From Hyalangium minutum (GTDB taxonomy: Bacteria > Myxococcota > Myxococcia > Myxococcales > Myxococcaceae), in contig NZ_JMCB01000002.1 in the NCBI RefSeq assembly GCF_000737315.1, positions 620,001 to 684,000 on the forward strand: a stretch of DNA of 64,000 bases. Direction: 5' to 3'. Positions 48,978-59,149 of the stretch are shown piece after piece (the stretch's first letter is position 1; each line of letters opens with the position of its first letter). The translations under genes and the position numbers were made by a program. The notes under the pieces are model-generated. The model saw only the letters and a program-made list of their open reading frames with translations. It searched no databases and was not told the DNA's origin.

Positions 48978-51242
48978 ATGATGGCGCGCGACTTCCCCGG
49001 AGCCCGTGTGCAGGTTCATCGAGCCAGAGCCCTCTTGGCCGCGACGGCCGCGATCATTCTTTCGCTTCCCGCAGCTCACGCAGCCCCGGCCGACAAGAAG
49101 GCCGAGCGCGAGGCGCTCAAGACAGCCTTGCTCGACGTCCTCCAACGCACGCCGCTCAAGGCCAGCCGCGTGGGCATCTCCATCCAGAGCCTGGATGACA
49201 GCTCCGTGGTGTTCAGCCAGAACCCGGACGACTTGCTCAACCCGGCTTCGAACGTGAAGTTGGTGACGTCGGCCGCAGCGCTGGCGACGCTGGGGCCCGA
49301 GTTCCGCTACGAGACCGAGTTCCTCGTGGACACGGAGCTGCCGCTGGACGGCAAGGTCAAGACGCTCTACGTGCGCGGCAAGGGCGACCCGTCCATGACG
49401 ACCGAGCGCCTGTACGGCGTGGTCTCCGAGCTGATGCACGCGGGCTTGCGCGAGGTGCAGGACATCATCGTCGACGACTCGTGGTTCGACCCGGAGCGCA
49501 CGCCGCCCGGTTATGACCAGGAGGAGTCGGACCGTGCGTACATGGCGCCCACGGGCGCGGTGAGCCTGAACTGGAACGCTACGGCCATCTACCTGCGGCC
49601 GGGCACCGCTCAGGGGGCCAAAGGCTCCGTGGAGATGGAGCCCTCCAGCGACTTCTTCGTGGTGGAGAACAACCTCACCACAGGCGGCCGGCTGGCCCGG
49701 CGCGTGGGTGTGGCCAGCAAGCCCTTCGGCGACAAGCAGAAGATCATCGTCAAGGGCCAGGTCTCCGCCGAGCAGGGCGTGGTGAGCGTGTGGAAGAAGA
49801 TCGACAGCCCGCCCATGTACTTCGGCTACACGCTGAAGGAGATGCTGAAGACGCGCGGCATCAAGGTGAAGGGCAAGGTGAAGCAGGGCCTGGCGCCCAC
49901 GCGGGCCAAGCTCGTGCACGTGGCCCAGTCGGACACGTTCGACCTCATCCTCAAGCGGCTCAACAAGCTGTCCAACAACTTCGTGGCCGAGACGCTGCTC
50001 AAGACGATGGGCGCCGAGGTGAAGGGCACGCCCGGCAGCTTCCAGAAGGGCATCGAAGTGGTGGAGTCGTTCCTCGAGCGCGAGGTGGGCATTCCTCCGG
50101 GCTCGTACGTGATGAAGAACGGCAGCGGGTTGAATGACAGCAACCGCTTCTCCGCCACGCAGATGACGCGCATCCTGCGCTACATGTACCAGCGCTTCCC
50201 GCTGGCTCCCGAGTACCTGTCCTCCGTCGGTATCGCCGGCAAGGACGGCACGCTGAAGTACCGCTTCGAGGGCAGTGAGGCCGTGGGCCGCCTGCGCGCC
50301 AAGACGGGCACGCTGGAGAACGTCTCCGCCCTGAGCGGCTACGTGCAGGCCACCGGTGGCGAGCTGTTCGTCTTCTCGATGATGGTGAATGACTACCCCG
50401 GCCGCTCGGGCCCCGTGGTGCAGGGGCTGGATGCGCTGGGCGCGGCAGTGGCCGCCACGGGCTCGTCCCTGGGGCCCTCGCGCGCGGTGGCGGCGCTGTC
50501 CGACAGCGCTCGGCCCGGCAGTGAGCTGGCCGCGGTGGCCAGCCGCATCAAGACGTACATGGAGCTGGGCAAGCAGCGCGACCAGCGCAACATCAGCTTC
50601 CTCCGCACGGCCTGGCGCAGCGAGCGCGACCCGGCAGTGCGTGCGGTGCTGGCCGACAGCCTCTACCAGTCCAACCCGAGCGACTACCTGGGCGCTCGTA
50701 CGCTGCTCGACAGCTACTCCGCGAGCGGTGACGTGTACGGCCGGCTGCGCGCGGTGGCGCGGGAGCTGTCCGTGGATGTGCCCGGCGTGGGCAGCATGGT
50801 GGAGCTGGCGGCGGGCGGGAACGCGGAGGCACTCTCTCGCGTGGTGGAGCTGGCGGGTGCGTCGCGCGGGGATGGGCCGGCGGAGACGGAGCTGGCCCAG
50901 GCGCTCGGTGAGGTGGCTCGCACCGCGCCGGAGGAGCTCGTGGGGGCGCTGCGCGAGGCGGGCAACGGCGAGCGGGACGTGGCGGTATCGCTGCTGGCCC
51001 GTGGGCTGGTGCAGGTGGGCGATGCGGACCATCCGTTCTGGAAGTCCCTGCGCAAGCAGCTCGGCGCTTCGGATCCGGCCCTGGTGACGTTCGTGCGCAA
51101 CCTGGATGCCACGCTCTCTCAGAAGGTGGCCGAGCAGAAGGCGCCTCGGGCGCCGGACTCCGTGGAGGTGTCGGGTCCGGGCTCGGCAGTTCCGGTGGGG
51201 CCTGGTACGTCGCGGACGGCCGAGACGCGTCCCGGCGGGTAG
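48978..51242 (+). CDS. dacB: D-Ala-D-Ala carboxypeptidase/endopeptidase (PBP4, S13) with a C-terminal helical extension; start may be GTG 49008
   Basis: SxxK (ASNVK), SNN and KTG motifs; NGSGL. Confidence 0.92.
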   Translation: MMARDFPGARVQVHRARALLAATAAIILSLPAAHAAPADKKAEREALKTALLDVLQRTPLKASRVGISIQSLDDSSVVFSQNPDDLLNPASNVKLVTSAAALATLGPEFRYETEFLVDTELPLDGKVKTLYVRGKGDPSMTTERLYGVVSELMHAGLREVQDIIVDDSWFDPERTPPGYDQEESDRAYMAPTGAVSLNWNATAIYLRPGTAQGAKGSVEMEPSSDFFVVENNLTTGGRLARRVGVASKPFGDKQKIIVKGQVSAEQGVVSVWKKIDSPPMYFGYTLKEMLKTRGIKVKGKVKQGLAPTRAKLVHVAQSDTFDLILKRLNKLSNNFVAETLLKTMGAEVKGTPGSFQKGIEVVESFLEREVGIPPGSYVMKNGSGLNDSNRFSATQMTRILRYMYQRFPLAPEYLSSVGIAGKDGTLKYRFEGSEAVGRLRAKTGTLENVSALSGYVQATGGELFVFSMMVNDYPGRSGPVVQGLDALGAAVAATGSSLGPSRAVAALSDSARPGSELAAVASRIKTYMELGKQRDQRNISFLRTAWRSERDPAVRAVLADSLYQSNPSDYLGARTLLDSYSASGDVYGRLRAVARELSVDVPGVGSMVELAAGGNAEALSRVVELAGASRGDGPAETELAQALGEVARTAPEELVGALREAGNGERDVAVSLLARGLVQVGDADHPFWKSLRKQLGASDPALVTFVRNLDATLSQKVAEQKAPRAPDSVEVSGPGSAVPVGPGTSRTAETRPGG

Positions 51243-51369
51243 GAACTGGAAGGGTCCGGGCTCCTATCCCCGGATCATTTCAGGACTCTTGCCGCTCCAA
51301 GCAAGCAGCCGAGGACCCGAGCGCGCCCGGCATACTCGCCGGGTTCCGCGCCCGGCTTGGTTCGTGTAT

Positions 51370-51381
51370 ACCTGTACAGGT
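51370..51381. promoter_or_regulatory. Perfect palindrome upstream of ssb
   Basis: ACCTGTACAGGT about 100 nt before the ssb ATG. Confidence 0.4.
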
Positions 51382-51483
51382 GTTCGCTGGGTGCTGAACC
51401 CGGTGGATTGGCGCCGCTCCGTGGTGGAGCGGCTACCGAGCGGCTGGCCCGAGGTGGGCTGGCTATCGAAAGGCAGGGCAGTC

Positions 51484-51975
51484 ATGGCAGGAGGCGTCAA
51501 CAAGGTCATCCTCATTGGCAACCTCGGAGCGGACCCCGAGGTGCGCTTCACCCCGGGCGGTCAGGCGGTCGCCAACTTCCGCATCGCCACCAGCGAGAGC
51601 TGGAACGACAAGAACGGGCAGAAGCAGGAGCGGACCGAGTGGCACCGCATCGTCGTCTGGGGAAAGCTGGCCGAGCTGTGCGGCGAGTATCTGAAGAAGG
51701 GCCGCCAGTGCTACGTCGAGGGCCGCTTGCAGACGCGCGAGTGGACCGACAAGGAGAACCGGAAGAACTACACCACCGAGGTGGTGGCCACCGCAGTCAC
51801 CTTCCTGGGCGGGCGTGAGGGTGGCGCCAGTGCGGGCGCGGGCGGCGGCCAGCGCGGCGGAGGCTCGTACTCGCGCGGCGGCGGGGGCGATGATTTCGGC
51901 GGGCCTCCTCCGGGCGTGGATGATGGCGGCATGAACCAGAGCGGCGGCAACGGCGAGGACGACATCCCGTTCTAG
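51484..51975 (+). CDS. ssb: Single-stranded DNA-binding protein
   Basis: [22 protein letters not shown], Gly-rich linker and C-terminal DDIPF. Confidence 0.97.
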   Translation: MAGGVNKVILIGNLGADPEVRFTPGGQAVANFRIATSESWNDKNGQKQERTEWHRIVVWGKLAELCGEYLKKGRQCYVEGRLQTREWTDKENRKNYTTEVVATAVTFLGGREGGASAGAGGGQRGGGSYSRGGGGDDFGGPPPGVDDGGMNQSGGNGEDDIPF

Positions 51976-52005
51976 GCCGCGGCTCAGGGCACCCCCGCAA
52001 ACACT

Positions 52006-52083
52006 GGAGCCCCGGTTCCCATGCAGCACGGGAACGCGGGGCTCCTTGCGTTACAGCCTTCGACGGAGCCCCCGAGGGGCTCC
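52006..52083. terminator. Two hairpins between convergent ssb and sdhC-like genes
   Basis: GGAGCCCCG.TTCCC / GGGAAC.CGGGGCTCC (52006-52045) and GGAGCCCC / GGGGCTCC (52065-52083). Confidence 0.65.
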
Positions 52084-52085
52084 CG

Positions 52086-52769
52086 CTACATCTCGATCTG
52101 CATGCCCTCGCCGGGGCCGAAGGCCTCACCGGCCTGGAAGAGCGCGAAGATGGCGCCCCAGGACATGGCCAGCAGCACCAGGAATATGATGATGACCACC
52201 GGCTCGAAGCGCCGCATGGAGCGCTCGCTGGCGAAGATGCCCCACGCCATGCAGAAGTTCTGGACGCCGTTGGCGATGTGGTACGCCGTGCCCAGCGTCC
52301 CCAGCACGTAGACGAACAGCGTGGGGCCGTGGAAGCGCATCTCCCGGGCGATGTCGTTGAAGGCCTCGGCCTGGCCGTGCAGCAGCCGCGGCGCCAGGAA
52401 CGCCTTCCAGATGTGCGCGCCCAGGAAGGCCAGCACGCCCAGGGCGCTCACGCGCTGGAGGATGTACTTGAGGTTGCCGTAGTTGTTGTACGCGAGGTTG
52501 TTGGGCTTGAAGCTGAACATCCGCACCAGGCCCCAGCCCGTGTGGAACAGCAGCGGCAGCAGCGAGACCATGAACGCCAGCGCCTGCGAGAACGGGTGCG
52601 CGTACGTGGTGACGGCGCTCTCCCAGGCCGTGGCCCCGTAGAAGGCGGACAAGTTGTCCCACAGGTGGTTGATCACCCAGAGGGTCAACGGAAAGATGGC
52701 CAGGAACGACCCCAGGCGGGACTGGAGGAGCGGTGTCTTCTGGGGGAGGGCAGCGGCTTCGGTGCTCAT
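52086..52769 (-). CDS. Succinate dehydrogenase cytochrome b558-like membrane protein (stand-alone)
   Basis: 5 TM segments with four His in Bacillus SdhC-like positions (INHL, LFHT, GAHI, AYHI); YILQRVSA. Confidence 0.75.
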   Translation of the reverse strand: MSTEAAALPQKTPLLQSRLGSFLAIFPLTLWVINHLWDNLSAFYGATAWESAVTTYAHPFSQALAFMVSLLPLLFHTGWGLVRMFSFKPNNLAYNNYGNLKYILQRVSALGVLAFLGAHIWKAFLAPRLLHGQAEAFNDIAREMRFHGPTLFVYVLGTLGTAYHIANGVQNFCMAWGIFASERSMRRFEPVVIIIFLVLLAMSWGAIFALFQAGEAFGPGEGMQIEM

Positions 52770-53005
52770 AGGACTCCGGCAACGCGCGGGGGACGACTCC
52801 GCGGGTAGGTGGGTCGCGCGGGGGTTATAACGCGTCCTGGCGGCTCAGGGGCTGGGATCCGCCAGCCCAGGTGGCAGTCAGGGCGCTTGGAGGCATAAGC
52901 CGGGCCGATGCCTCGGTCCAGAAACTCCTCCTAGGGCGGGCAGGGGGCCGGACGCATTCTTCGTTGGCGAGCGCGGCGGTGTTGGGCACGCTACAGCCTC
53001 TCCTT

Positions 53006-53899
53006 ATGGCCGATGAACTCATCAGTGGGTTGTTGAAAGACGTGGATGTGCGCGTGGTGCTCGCGCTCACCTCGGAGCTGTCGCGCCAGGCGCGGGCCAC
53101 GCACAAGAGCCTGCCCGCCTCGGCCGCGCTCCTCTCGCAGGGACTCACCGCCGCCGCGCTCATGGGCGCGCTGCAGAAGGGCGAGACCCGCATCAACATT
53201 CAGCTGGAGTGCGATGGGCCGCTGCGCGGCTTCTTCGTGGATGGGGACACCGCCGGGGTGGTGCGCGGCTACACGAAGAACCCACTGGTGGCCCACATGG
53301 GCGCCGAGGGCGGGTACCGCTGGCGCCCCGTGCTGGGCAACAAGGGCTTCATCTCCGTGCTGCGCGACACCGGTAGCGGCGAGTACTACCGCTCCTCGGT
53401 GGAGCTGGAGCGCTTCGACTTCGCCGAGGACCTGGAGCGCTACTTCGGCCTCTCCGACCAGGTGGCCACCCAGCTGACGCTGGCGCAGCTGCCCACGCCG
53501 GGCAATGGCGCTCCAGAGCCCCTGGGCATCGTGGCGGGCGTGCTCCTCCAGCCGCTGCCGAACGGGGACCGGGAGGCCTTTCAGGCGCTCGGGGCCCAGG
53601 TCAAGGCGCGCTTCCACGAGGTGCTTCAGGCCCACGCCGCCGAGGGGGGCTCCGCGCTGCTCAAGGCGTTGCTGCCCGGACGGACGGACCTGGAGGTCAT
53701 GTCCCGCTACCCGCTGCGCTTCACCTGCACATGCAGCCGCGAGCGGGTGAAGACCGCCCTCATGGCCATGGGCCGCGAGGAGCTGACGGATCTGCTGGAG
53801 AAGGAGGGGAAGGCGGAGGTGACGTGCCAGTTCTGCACGACACACTATGTCATCCCCAGTGAGGAGATCCGCGAGCTGATGAAGGAAGCCGGGCAGTAA
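53006..53899 (+). CDS. hslO: Hsp33 redox-regulated chaperone
   Basis: CTCSRER and CQFC zinc motifs; N-terminal Hsp33 pattern. Confidence 0.9.
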   Translation: MADELISGLLKDVDVRVVLALTSELSRQARATHKSLPASAALLSQGLTAAALMGALQKGETRINIQLECDGPLRGFFVDGDTAGVVRGYTKNPLVAHMGAEGGYRWRPVLGNKGFISVLRDTGSGEYYRSSVELERFDFAEDLERYFGLSDQVATQLTLAQLPTPGNGAPEPLGIVAGVLLQPLPNGDREAFQALGAQVKARFHEVLQAHAAEGGSALLKALLPGRTDLEVMSRYPLRFTCTCSRERVKTALMAMGREELTDLLEKEGKAEVTCQFCTTHYVIPSEEIRELMKEAGQ

Positions 53900-54028
53900 A
53901 CAGAGAGAGACAGGCCGTGCGCCCCCAGGCGAGCGGACTCGCGACACCCCCGGCGACCTACGCGGGGGGTAGCCCTGGGCCTTCGCTCAAGGTATGACGG
54001 AGCAGCACCTCAGCTGGAGTCTCCATCC

Positions 54029-54706
54029 GTGGCTACCAAGCGGGCAGTGCCTGGTAAGGGAAAGTCCTCCAGGAAGGGCAAGCCCTCGCCCAATCCTTCC
54101 AAACCGCAAGAGGCGGAGAAGCTCGTCTCCATCCCATCGGACGTCGTGCTGGCGCCTCAAGCCGAGGCGCCTCGCATGCCCACCGGGAGAGATCAGTCCC
54201 GGCAGCGCTCCTCTGTGAAGGAGCTGTCGTGGGCGGACTTCGACCGGGCCGTGCAGGAGATGGCGCGCACCATTGGCCAGTCCTACAAGGCGCAGGCCGT
54301 GGTGGGCGTGGCCCACGGAGGCGTCTTCGTGGGCGGGGCCCTCTCCAGTGCGCTCGGCTGCGAGTTCTTCCCCGTGCGCCTCACCCGCCGCAGCCGGGAC
54401 CGGGGCGATTCGAAGAAGCTCCAGCTCTCTGGGGAGATGCCGCGAGAGCTGAAGGGGCGCCGCGTCCTCATCGTGGACGACGTGGGGGCCAGCGGCGACA
54501 CGCTGGAGCTGGCCAGCACGCTGGCGCGCAAGGTGGGGGCCCGCGAGGTGATGACCGCCGTCATGGTCGCGCGCCCCGAGAGCTACACGCCCGACTTCTG
54601 CGCCCTGTCCACCGCGGCGTTCATCGTCTTCCCCTGGGACTATGAGCCCGTGACGGGGGGAGCGGAGCTCGCCGACGACGTGGACCCCGATCAGGCGGGG
54701 GCCTAG
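54029..54706 (+). CDS. Type I phosphoribosyltransferase
   Basis: VGVAHGG and the PRPP loop [14 protein letters not shown]; VFPWD. Confidence 0.85.
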   Translation: MATKRAVPGKGKSSRKGKPSPNPSKPQEAEKLVSIPSDVVLAPQAEAPRMPTGRDQSRQRSSVKELSWADFDRAVQEMARTIGQSYKAQAVVGVAHGGVFVGGALSSALGCEFFPVRLTRRSRDRGDSKKLQLSGEMPRELKGRRVLIVDDVGASGDTLELASTLARKVGAREVMTAVMVARPESYTPDFCALSTAAFIVFPWDYEPVTGGAELADDVDPDQAGA

Positions 54707-54722
54707 GAGGCGGACACGCGCG

Positions 54723-56639
54723 ATGATCATCGGGACGGCGGGCCATATCGACCACGGCAAGACGTCCCTGGTGAAGGCGCTCACCGGCATCGACACGGAC
54801 CGGCTGAAGGAGGAGAAGCGCCGGGGCATCACCCTGGAGCTGGGCTTTGCCCACCTCACGCTGGATGACGGCACGCTGGCGGGCGTGGTGGACGTCCCCG
54901 GCCACGAGCGCTTCGTGAAGGCCATGGCCGCGGGCGCTGGCGGCGTGGACCTCGCGGTGCTGGTGGTGGCCGCGGACGAGGGCGTCATGCCCCAGACACG
55001 CGAGCACCTGGACATCTGCCGGTTGCTCGGCGTGAAGGCCGGGGTCATCGCGCTCACCAAGAGCGACTTGTTGGCGGAGCTGGGCGAGGAGTGGCTCGCG
55101 CTGGTGAAGGCGGATCTGGTGGCTCTCACCGCGGACACCTTCCTGGAGGGCGCGCCCGTGGTGCCGTGCTCCTCCAAGACGGGCGCGGGGCTGCCGGAGC
55201 TGCGCGCCGCACTGACTCGCGCGGCCCAGGGCCTGCCTCAGCGCCCCTCGGATGGGCCCGTCTTCCTGCCCGTGGATCGCGTCTTCACCATCAAGGGCTT
55301 TGGCACCGTGGTGACGGGCACGCTGCTGTCCGGCACTTTGTCAGTGGAAGAGAGCGCCGCGCTGCTTCCCGGACGCCCGGGGCCGTTCCGGGTGCGAGGC
55401 ATCCAGGTGCATGGGCAGGCCGCGCCGAAGGCCCACGCGGGCATGCGCACCGCGGTGAACCTGGTGGGCGTGGAGCCCGACGAGATTGATCGCGGCATGG
55501 TGCTGGTTCGCTCCGGCGAGCTGCCGGAGACGCGGATGCTGGACGTGGAGCTCAGCCTGCTCCCTGCGGTGGAGGAGCCGCTGCCCCGGCGGCGCAAGCT
55601 GCTGCTGCACCTGGGCACCGCGCAGGTGGAGGCCACCGTGGCCCTGCTGGACCTGGAGAAGCTGGAGCCTGGAGAGACGGGCCTGGCCCAGCTCCGGCTC
55701 GCTGCGCCCCTGGCCGCGCTCGTGGGCCAGCGCTTCATCCTTCGAGGCTCGCGCGCGCTGCCCGGCCGGGGCGCCACCGTAGCCGGGGGGAGGGTGCTGG
55801 CCATTGCTCCGCCTCGGCGCCGCAAGGGGGCCTCCGAGGTCGTAGCCCCGCTGCTGGAGGCGGACGCGAGCGGGCACGTCACGTGGCTGCTGCGGCAGGC
55901 GGGCTACCGAGGGCTCACGCAGGCGGAGCTGTTCGGCCGCTCGGCGCTGCCGCCCAAGGTGCTCACCCGGACGCTGGAGTTGCTGGGCTCGCGAGGCGCG
56001 GCGCTGCTGGTGGATCGCGACAAGCGCCTCTACCTCTCGGGCGAGGTATTCGAGGGGCTCCAGAAGCGAGCCCTCGCGCTGCTGGCCGCCTTCCACGAGC
56101 GAGAGCCGATGCGCGAGGGGCTCTCTCGCGAGGAGTTGCGTCAGCGGCTCTCCGCGGAGCTGGACCCTCGCATCTTCCAGCGGGTGGCGCAGGCGCTGGT
56201 GGACACGGGCAAGGCGGAGCTGGACAAGGAAGTGATGCGGCTCAAGGGCCGGGGACGCACCCTCACGGTCAGTGACGAGGGCGCCCGGGCGCGGGTAGCA
56301 GCGGAGCTGGCCGCCGCGGCGCTGGCTCCTCCGACCTTCAACGAGCTGGCGCAGAAGCTTCAGTTTCCCGTGCCCCGGCTGCAGGAGCTGCTCAAGGTGA
56401 TGGTGTCAGAAGGAGCCATCGTCCGGGTGAGCGATGAGCTCCACTTCGAAGCGGGGGCGCTGACTGCTCTGCGAGAGCGGCTCGTGGCTTACCTGCGAGA
56501 GAAGAAAGAGATCTCCACCCAGGCCTTCAAGGAAATGGTGGGCCAGAGCCGGAAGTTCGTCATCCCCTTGTCGGAATACTTCGACCGGGAGAAGGTAACT
56601 CTGCGAGTCGGTGAGAAGCGGACCCTGCGGCGAGGATGA
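54723..56639 (+). CDS. selB: Selenocysteine-specific elongation factor
   Basis: [19 protein letters not shown] and TKSD; C-terminal winged-helix region ([13 protein letters not shown]). Confidence 0.95.
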   Translation: MIIGTAGHIDHGKTSLVKALTGIDTDRLKEEKRRGITLELGFAHLTLDDGTLAGVVDVPGHERFVKAMAAGAGGVDLAVLVVAADEGVMPQTREHLDICRLLGVKAGVIALTKSDLLAELGEEWLALVKADLVALTADTFLEGAPVVPCSSKTGAGLPELRAALTRAAQGLPQRPSDGPVFLPVDRVFTIKGFGTVVTGTLLSGTLSVEESAALLPGRPGPFRVRGIQVHGQAAPKAHAGMRTAVNLVGVEPDEIDRGMVLVRSGELPETRMLDVELSLLPAVEEPLPRRRKLLLHLGTAQVEATVALLDLEKLEPGETGLAQLRLAAPLAALVGQRFILRGSRALPGRGATVAGGRVLAIAPPRRRKGASEVVAPLLEADASGHVTWLLRQAGYRGLTQAELFGRSALPPKVLTRTLELLGSRGAALLVDRDKRLYLSGEVFEGLQKRALALLAAFHEREPMREGLSREELRQRLSAELDPRIFQRVAQALVDTGKAELDKEVMRLKGRGRTLTVSDEGARARVAAELAAAALAPPTFNELAQKLQFPVPRLQELLKVMVSEGAIVRVSDELHFEAGALTALRERLVAYLREKKEISTQAFKEMVGQSRKFVIPLSEYFDREKVTLRVGEKRTLRRG

Positions 56640-59149
56640 GCGAGCAACCCTACAGCCAGGCAGCCCTGCGCGCCCTGATCGAGGCCTTCAGCCACCCCAT
56701 CGTCGTGGTGACGGCCCCTCACCTGCTGTGGCTGGCGAACGAGGCCTACCTCCGCCTGGTCGGCATGTCTCGCGAGCAAGTGGAGGGCCAGACCTTCCTG
56801 AACTTCGTCAACCAGGAGGAGCGCAGCCGGCTGGCGATGCGCTTCCAGATGTTCTTCGACGGGCAGGTCCCCACCTCCAAGACCCTCCGGCGCCTGATGC
56901 CCTCCGCGGATGGGCGGATGCACGATGTGTCCACTTACTCGCAAGAGATCAAGCTTGAGGACGGCGCGCGCGGGCTCCTCATTAACATTCACGAGATGCC
57001 CGATCGCCCCCCTGTGCTGGCCATTGCAGAGCGCCTGGTGGAGACCTCCGCCCGGCTCGTCAGCGCGCACTCCGCGGAGGACGTGCGCCGTGTCGCCCTG
57101 GAGGGGCTCTCGTCCGCTGGCTTCCGCGCGAGCTTCCTCAGCTGGGATGGGAGGATGATGACCTCCTCGGCCGTGGAGGTTCCCCGCACCGATGCGTCGC
57201 TGGCCGTCGAGGCGCTCAGTGAGGGGCGCGCCATCTACGGAGGCACGAACGCCACCGAGGCGAGCCACGTCTACCTCCCTCTGGGCGATGCGCGGCACGG
57301 CGTGCTGTGGGTGGATGGGCCGGGGCTCGATCCGGCGCACGGCTCGGCGCTGGCGCTCTTCGCCAAGGTGGTGGGCACCGCGCTCTCCGAGGCGCGGGTG
57401 CAGGCTGAGCGCACGAGAGATCAGTGGGAGCTGCAGGCGCTGGCGGAGGTGGCGCGCTTCGTTGCCCAGCCCGTGCCTCCCAGCCCCGAGGCCTTCTTGG
57501 AACGGCTGACGGCGCTGCTCTCCGCGGACGCAGCCCTGCTGCTGATCCAGGAGAAGCCTCAAGCCGCGCTGGCCCCCGTCGCGCACTTCGGTCTCCGGGC
57601 CGAGGAGCCGGGCAAGATGGCGCTCTCCCTGGGGCACGTCCTCGCCGACGCGGCGATGAAGGCCGAGCGGGGAAGGCTCTCGGGACCGTCCGAGGAGCTG
57701 GCGCTCCGTGAGGTCTCGGGAGGCAGGTTCGGCAGTGGCGCGGCGGTGCGCATCACCCGCGGTGGCAAGGTGTGCGGCACGCTCCAACTGCTGCGCGCGC
57801 CCGGCAAGCCCTTCCAGGTGCAGGACCTGCGGCTGCTGGGCACCCTGGTCGAGCTGTTGGTGACGCTGCTCGAGCAGCACCGCCTGCGCGCCGAGTCCGC
57901 GCGGCAGCTCTCCGAGACCAAGCTGCTGTTGGAGCTGGCCCGGACCACGGCGGGCGTGCTGGACCCGGCGGGCATCCTGGATGTGGCGGCGGACTTCCTC
58001 GTCCGCCTGCTGGACGTGTCCAACTGCTACATCCTCCTCTACGAGGAGCCTGCCAAGGTGCTGCGAGGCGCCGCCAGCTCCGCCACCCACCGCGACTTCT
58101 TCCGCTCGGTGAAGATTCCTCTGGATGGGGACAGCCTGTCGGCCCACGTCGCCCGGCACCGCCGCCCCATCGCCATCGAGGACCTGGAGATGACGCCCGG
58201 CGGCTACAACGACGAGCTGGCCCGACGCTTCGAGGAGAAGGCCGTCCTCGGGCTGCCGATGACGTCCCGGGACGAGCTCATCGGCGTGGTCATCGTGGAC
58301 GACACCCGGGGGCCGCGCATGTTCGGCCCCGAGATCATCGAACTGGCGGAAGCCACCTGTGGCCAGTTGGCCCTCTCCATCGCCAACGCGCGCCTGTACG
58401 AGTCGCTGTGGATGTCCTACGCGGAGCTGGCCGCCGCCCGTGCGGAGATGGTCAAGCGCGAGCGCCTGGCCGCCCTGGGCGAGCTGTCCGCCATTGTCGC
58501 CCACGAAGTGCGCAACCCCTTGGGCGTCATCAACAACGCCGTCACCACGCTGCGACGTCTGCTCAAGGTGCAGGGCGATGCGGCCATGCTGCTGGACATC
58601 CTCTCGGAGGAGAGCGACCGGCTCAACCGCATCGTCGCGGACCTCATCGACTACGCCCGGCCGAGAGACCCCATCCTCCAGCCGGAGGAGGTGAGTCGCG
58701 TGTTGTACGACGCGCTCGAGGCGGCCCGAGGGCTGGCCGGTCCCGGCGCCATGGCCGTCACGTTCCGGGTCGAGGTCGAGCCCGAACTGCCGCCCGTGCA
58801 CATCGACCGTCGGCAGATTCGGCAGGCGCTCGTCAACATGGCCGTCAACGCTGTCCACGCCATGCCTCAGGGCGGCGAGGTGACGGTGCGCGCCCGCCGG
58901 GAGCTGCACGACAACCGAGACCATGTGCGCATCGACATCTCGGACAAGGGCATGGGCATCCCCCCCGAGCTGCTTCACCGGGTGTTCGAGCCCTTCTTCA
59001 CCACCAAGGCTCAGGGCACCGGCCTGGGGCTCGCCGTGGTCCGCCGCATCCTGGATGAACACCGGGGCGAAATTTCTGTCGATAGCGCTCCAGGCCGTGG
59101 CACGACCTTCACGATCCGGCTACCCTTCCTTCCACCTTCTCTCCAGTGA
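56636..59149 (+). CDS. pxrK: PAS/GAF sensor histidine kinase (PxrK/SpdS-like)
   Basis: PAS and GAF domains, AHEVRNPL, DKGMGI, FFTTK and GTGLGL. The symbol is inferred from position next to the sigma54 activator and Pxr-like RNA. Confidence 0.85.
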   Translation: MSEQPYSQAALRALIEAFSHPIVVVTAPHLLWLANEAYLRLVGMSREQVEGQTFLNFVNQEERSRLAMRFQMFFDGQVPTSKTLRRLMPSADGRMHDVSTYSQEIKLEDGARGLLINIHEMPDRPPVLAIAERLVETSARLVSAHSAEDVRRVALEGLSSAGFRASFLSWDGRMMTSSAVEVPRTDASLAVEALSEGRAIYGGTNATEASHVYLPLGDARHGVLWVDGPGLDPAHGSALALFAKVVGTALSEARVQAERTRDQWELQALAEVARFVAQPVPPSPEAFLERLTALLSADAALLLIQEKPQAALAPVAHFGLRAEEPGKMALSLGHVLADAAMKAERGRLSGPSEELALREVSGGRFGSGAAVRITRGGKVCGTLQLLRAPGKPFQVQDLRLLGTLVELLVTLLEQHRLRAESARQLSETKLLLELARTTAGVLDPAGILDVAADFLVRLLDVSNCYILLYEEPAKVLRGAASSATHRDFFRSVKIPLDGDSLSAHVARHRRPIAIEDLEMTPGGYNDELARRFEEKAVLGLPMTSRDELIGVVIVDDTRGPRMFGPEIIELAEATCGQLALSIANARLYESLWMSYAELAAARAEMVKRERLAALGELSAIVAHEVRNPLGVINNAVTTLRRLLKVQGDAAMLLDILSEESDRLNRIVADLIDYARPRDPILQPEEVSRVLYDALEAARGLAGPGAMAVTFRVEVEPELPPVHIDRRQIRQALVNMAVNAVHAMPQGGEVTVRARRELHDNRDHVRIDISDKGMGIPPELLHRVFEPFFTTKAQGTGLGLAVVRRILDEHRGEISVDSAPGRGTTFTIRLPFLPPSLQ

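Noticed and set aside
51372-51388. LexA box upstream of ssb
   Set aside because: It has several mismatches to the myxobacterial consensus as I recall it, so it is kept only as an unassigned palindrome.
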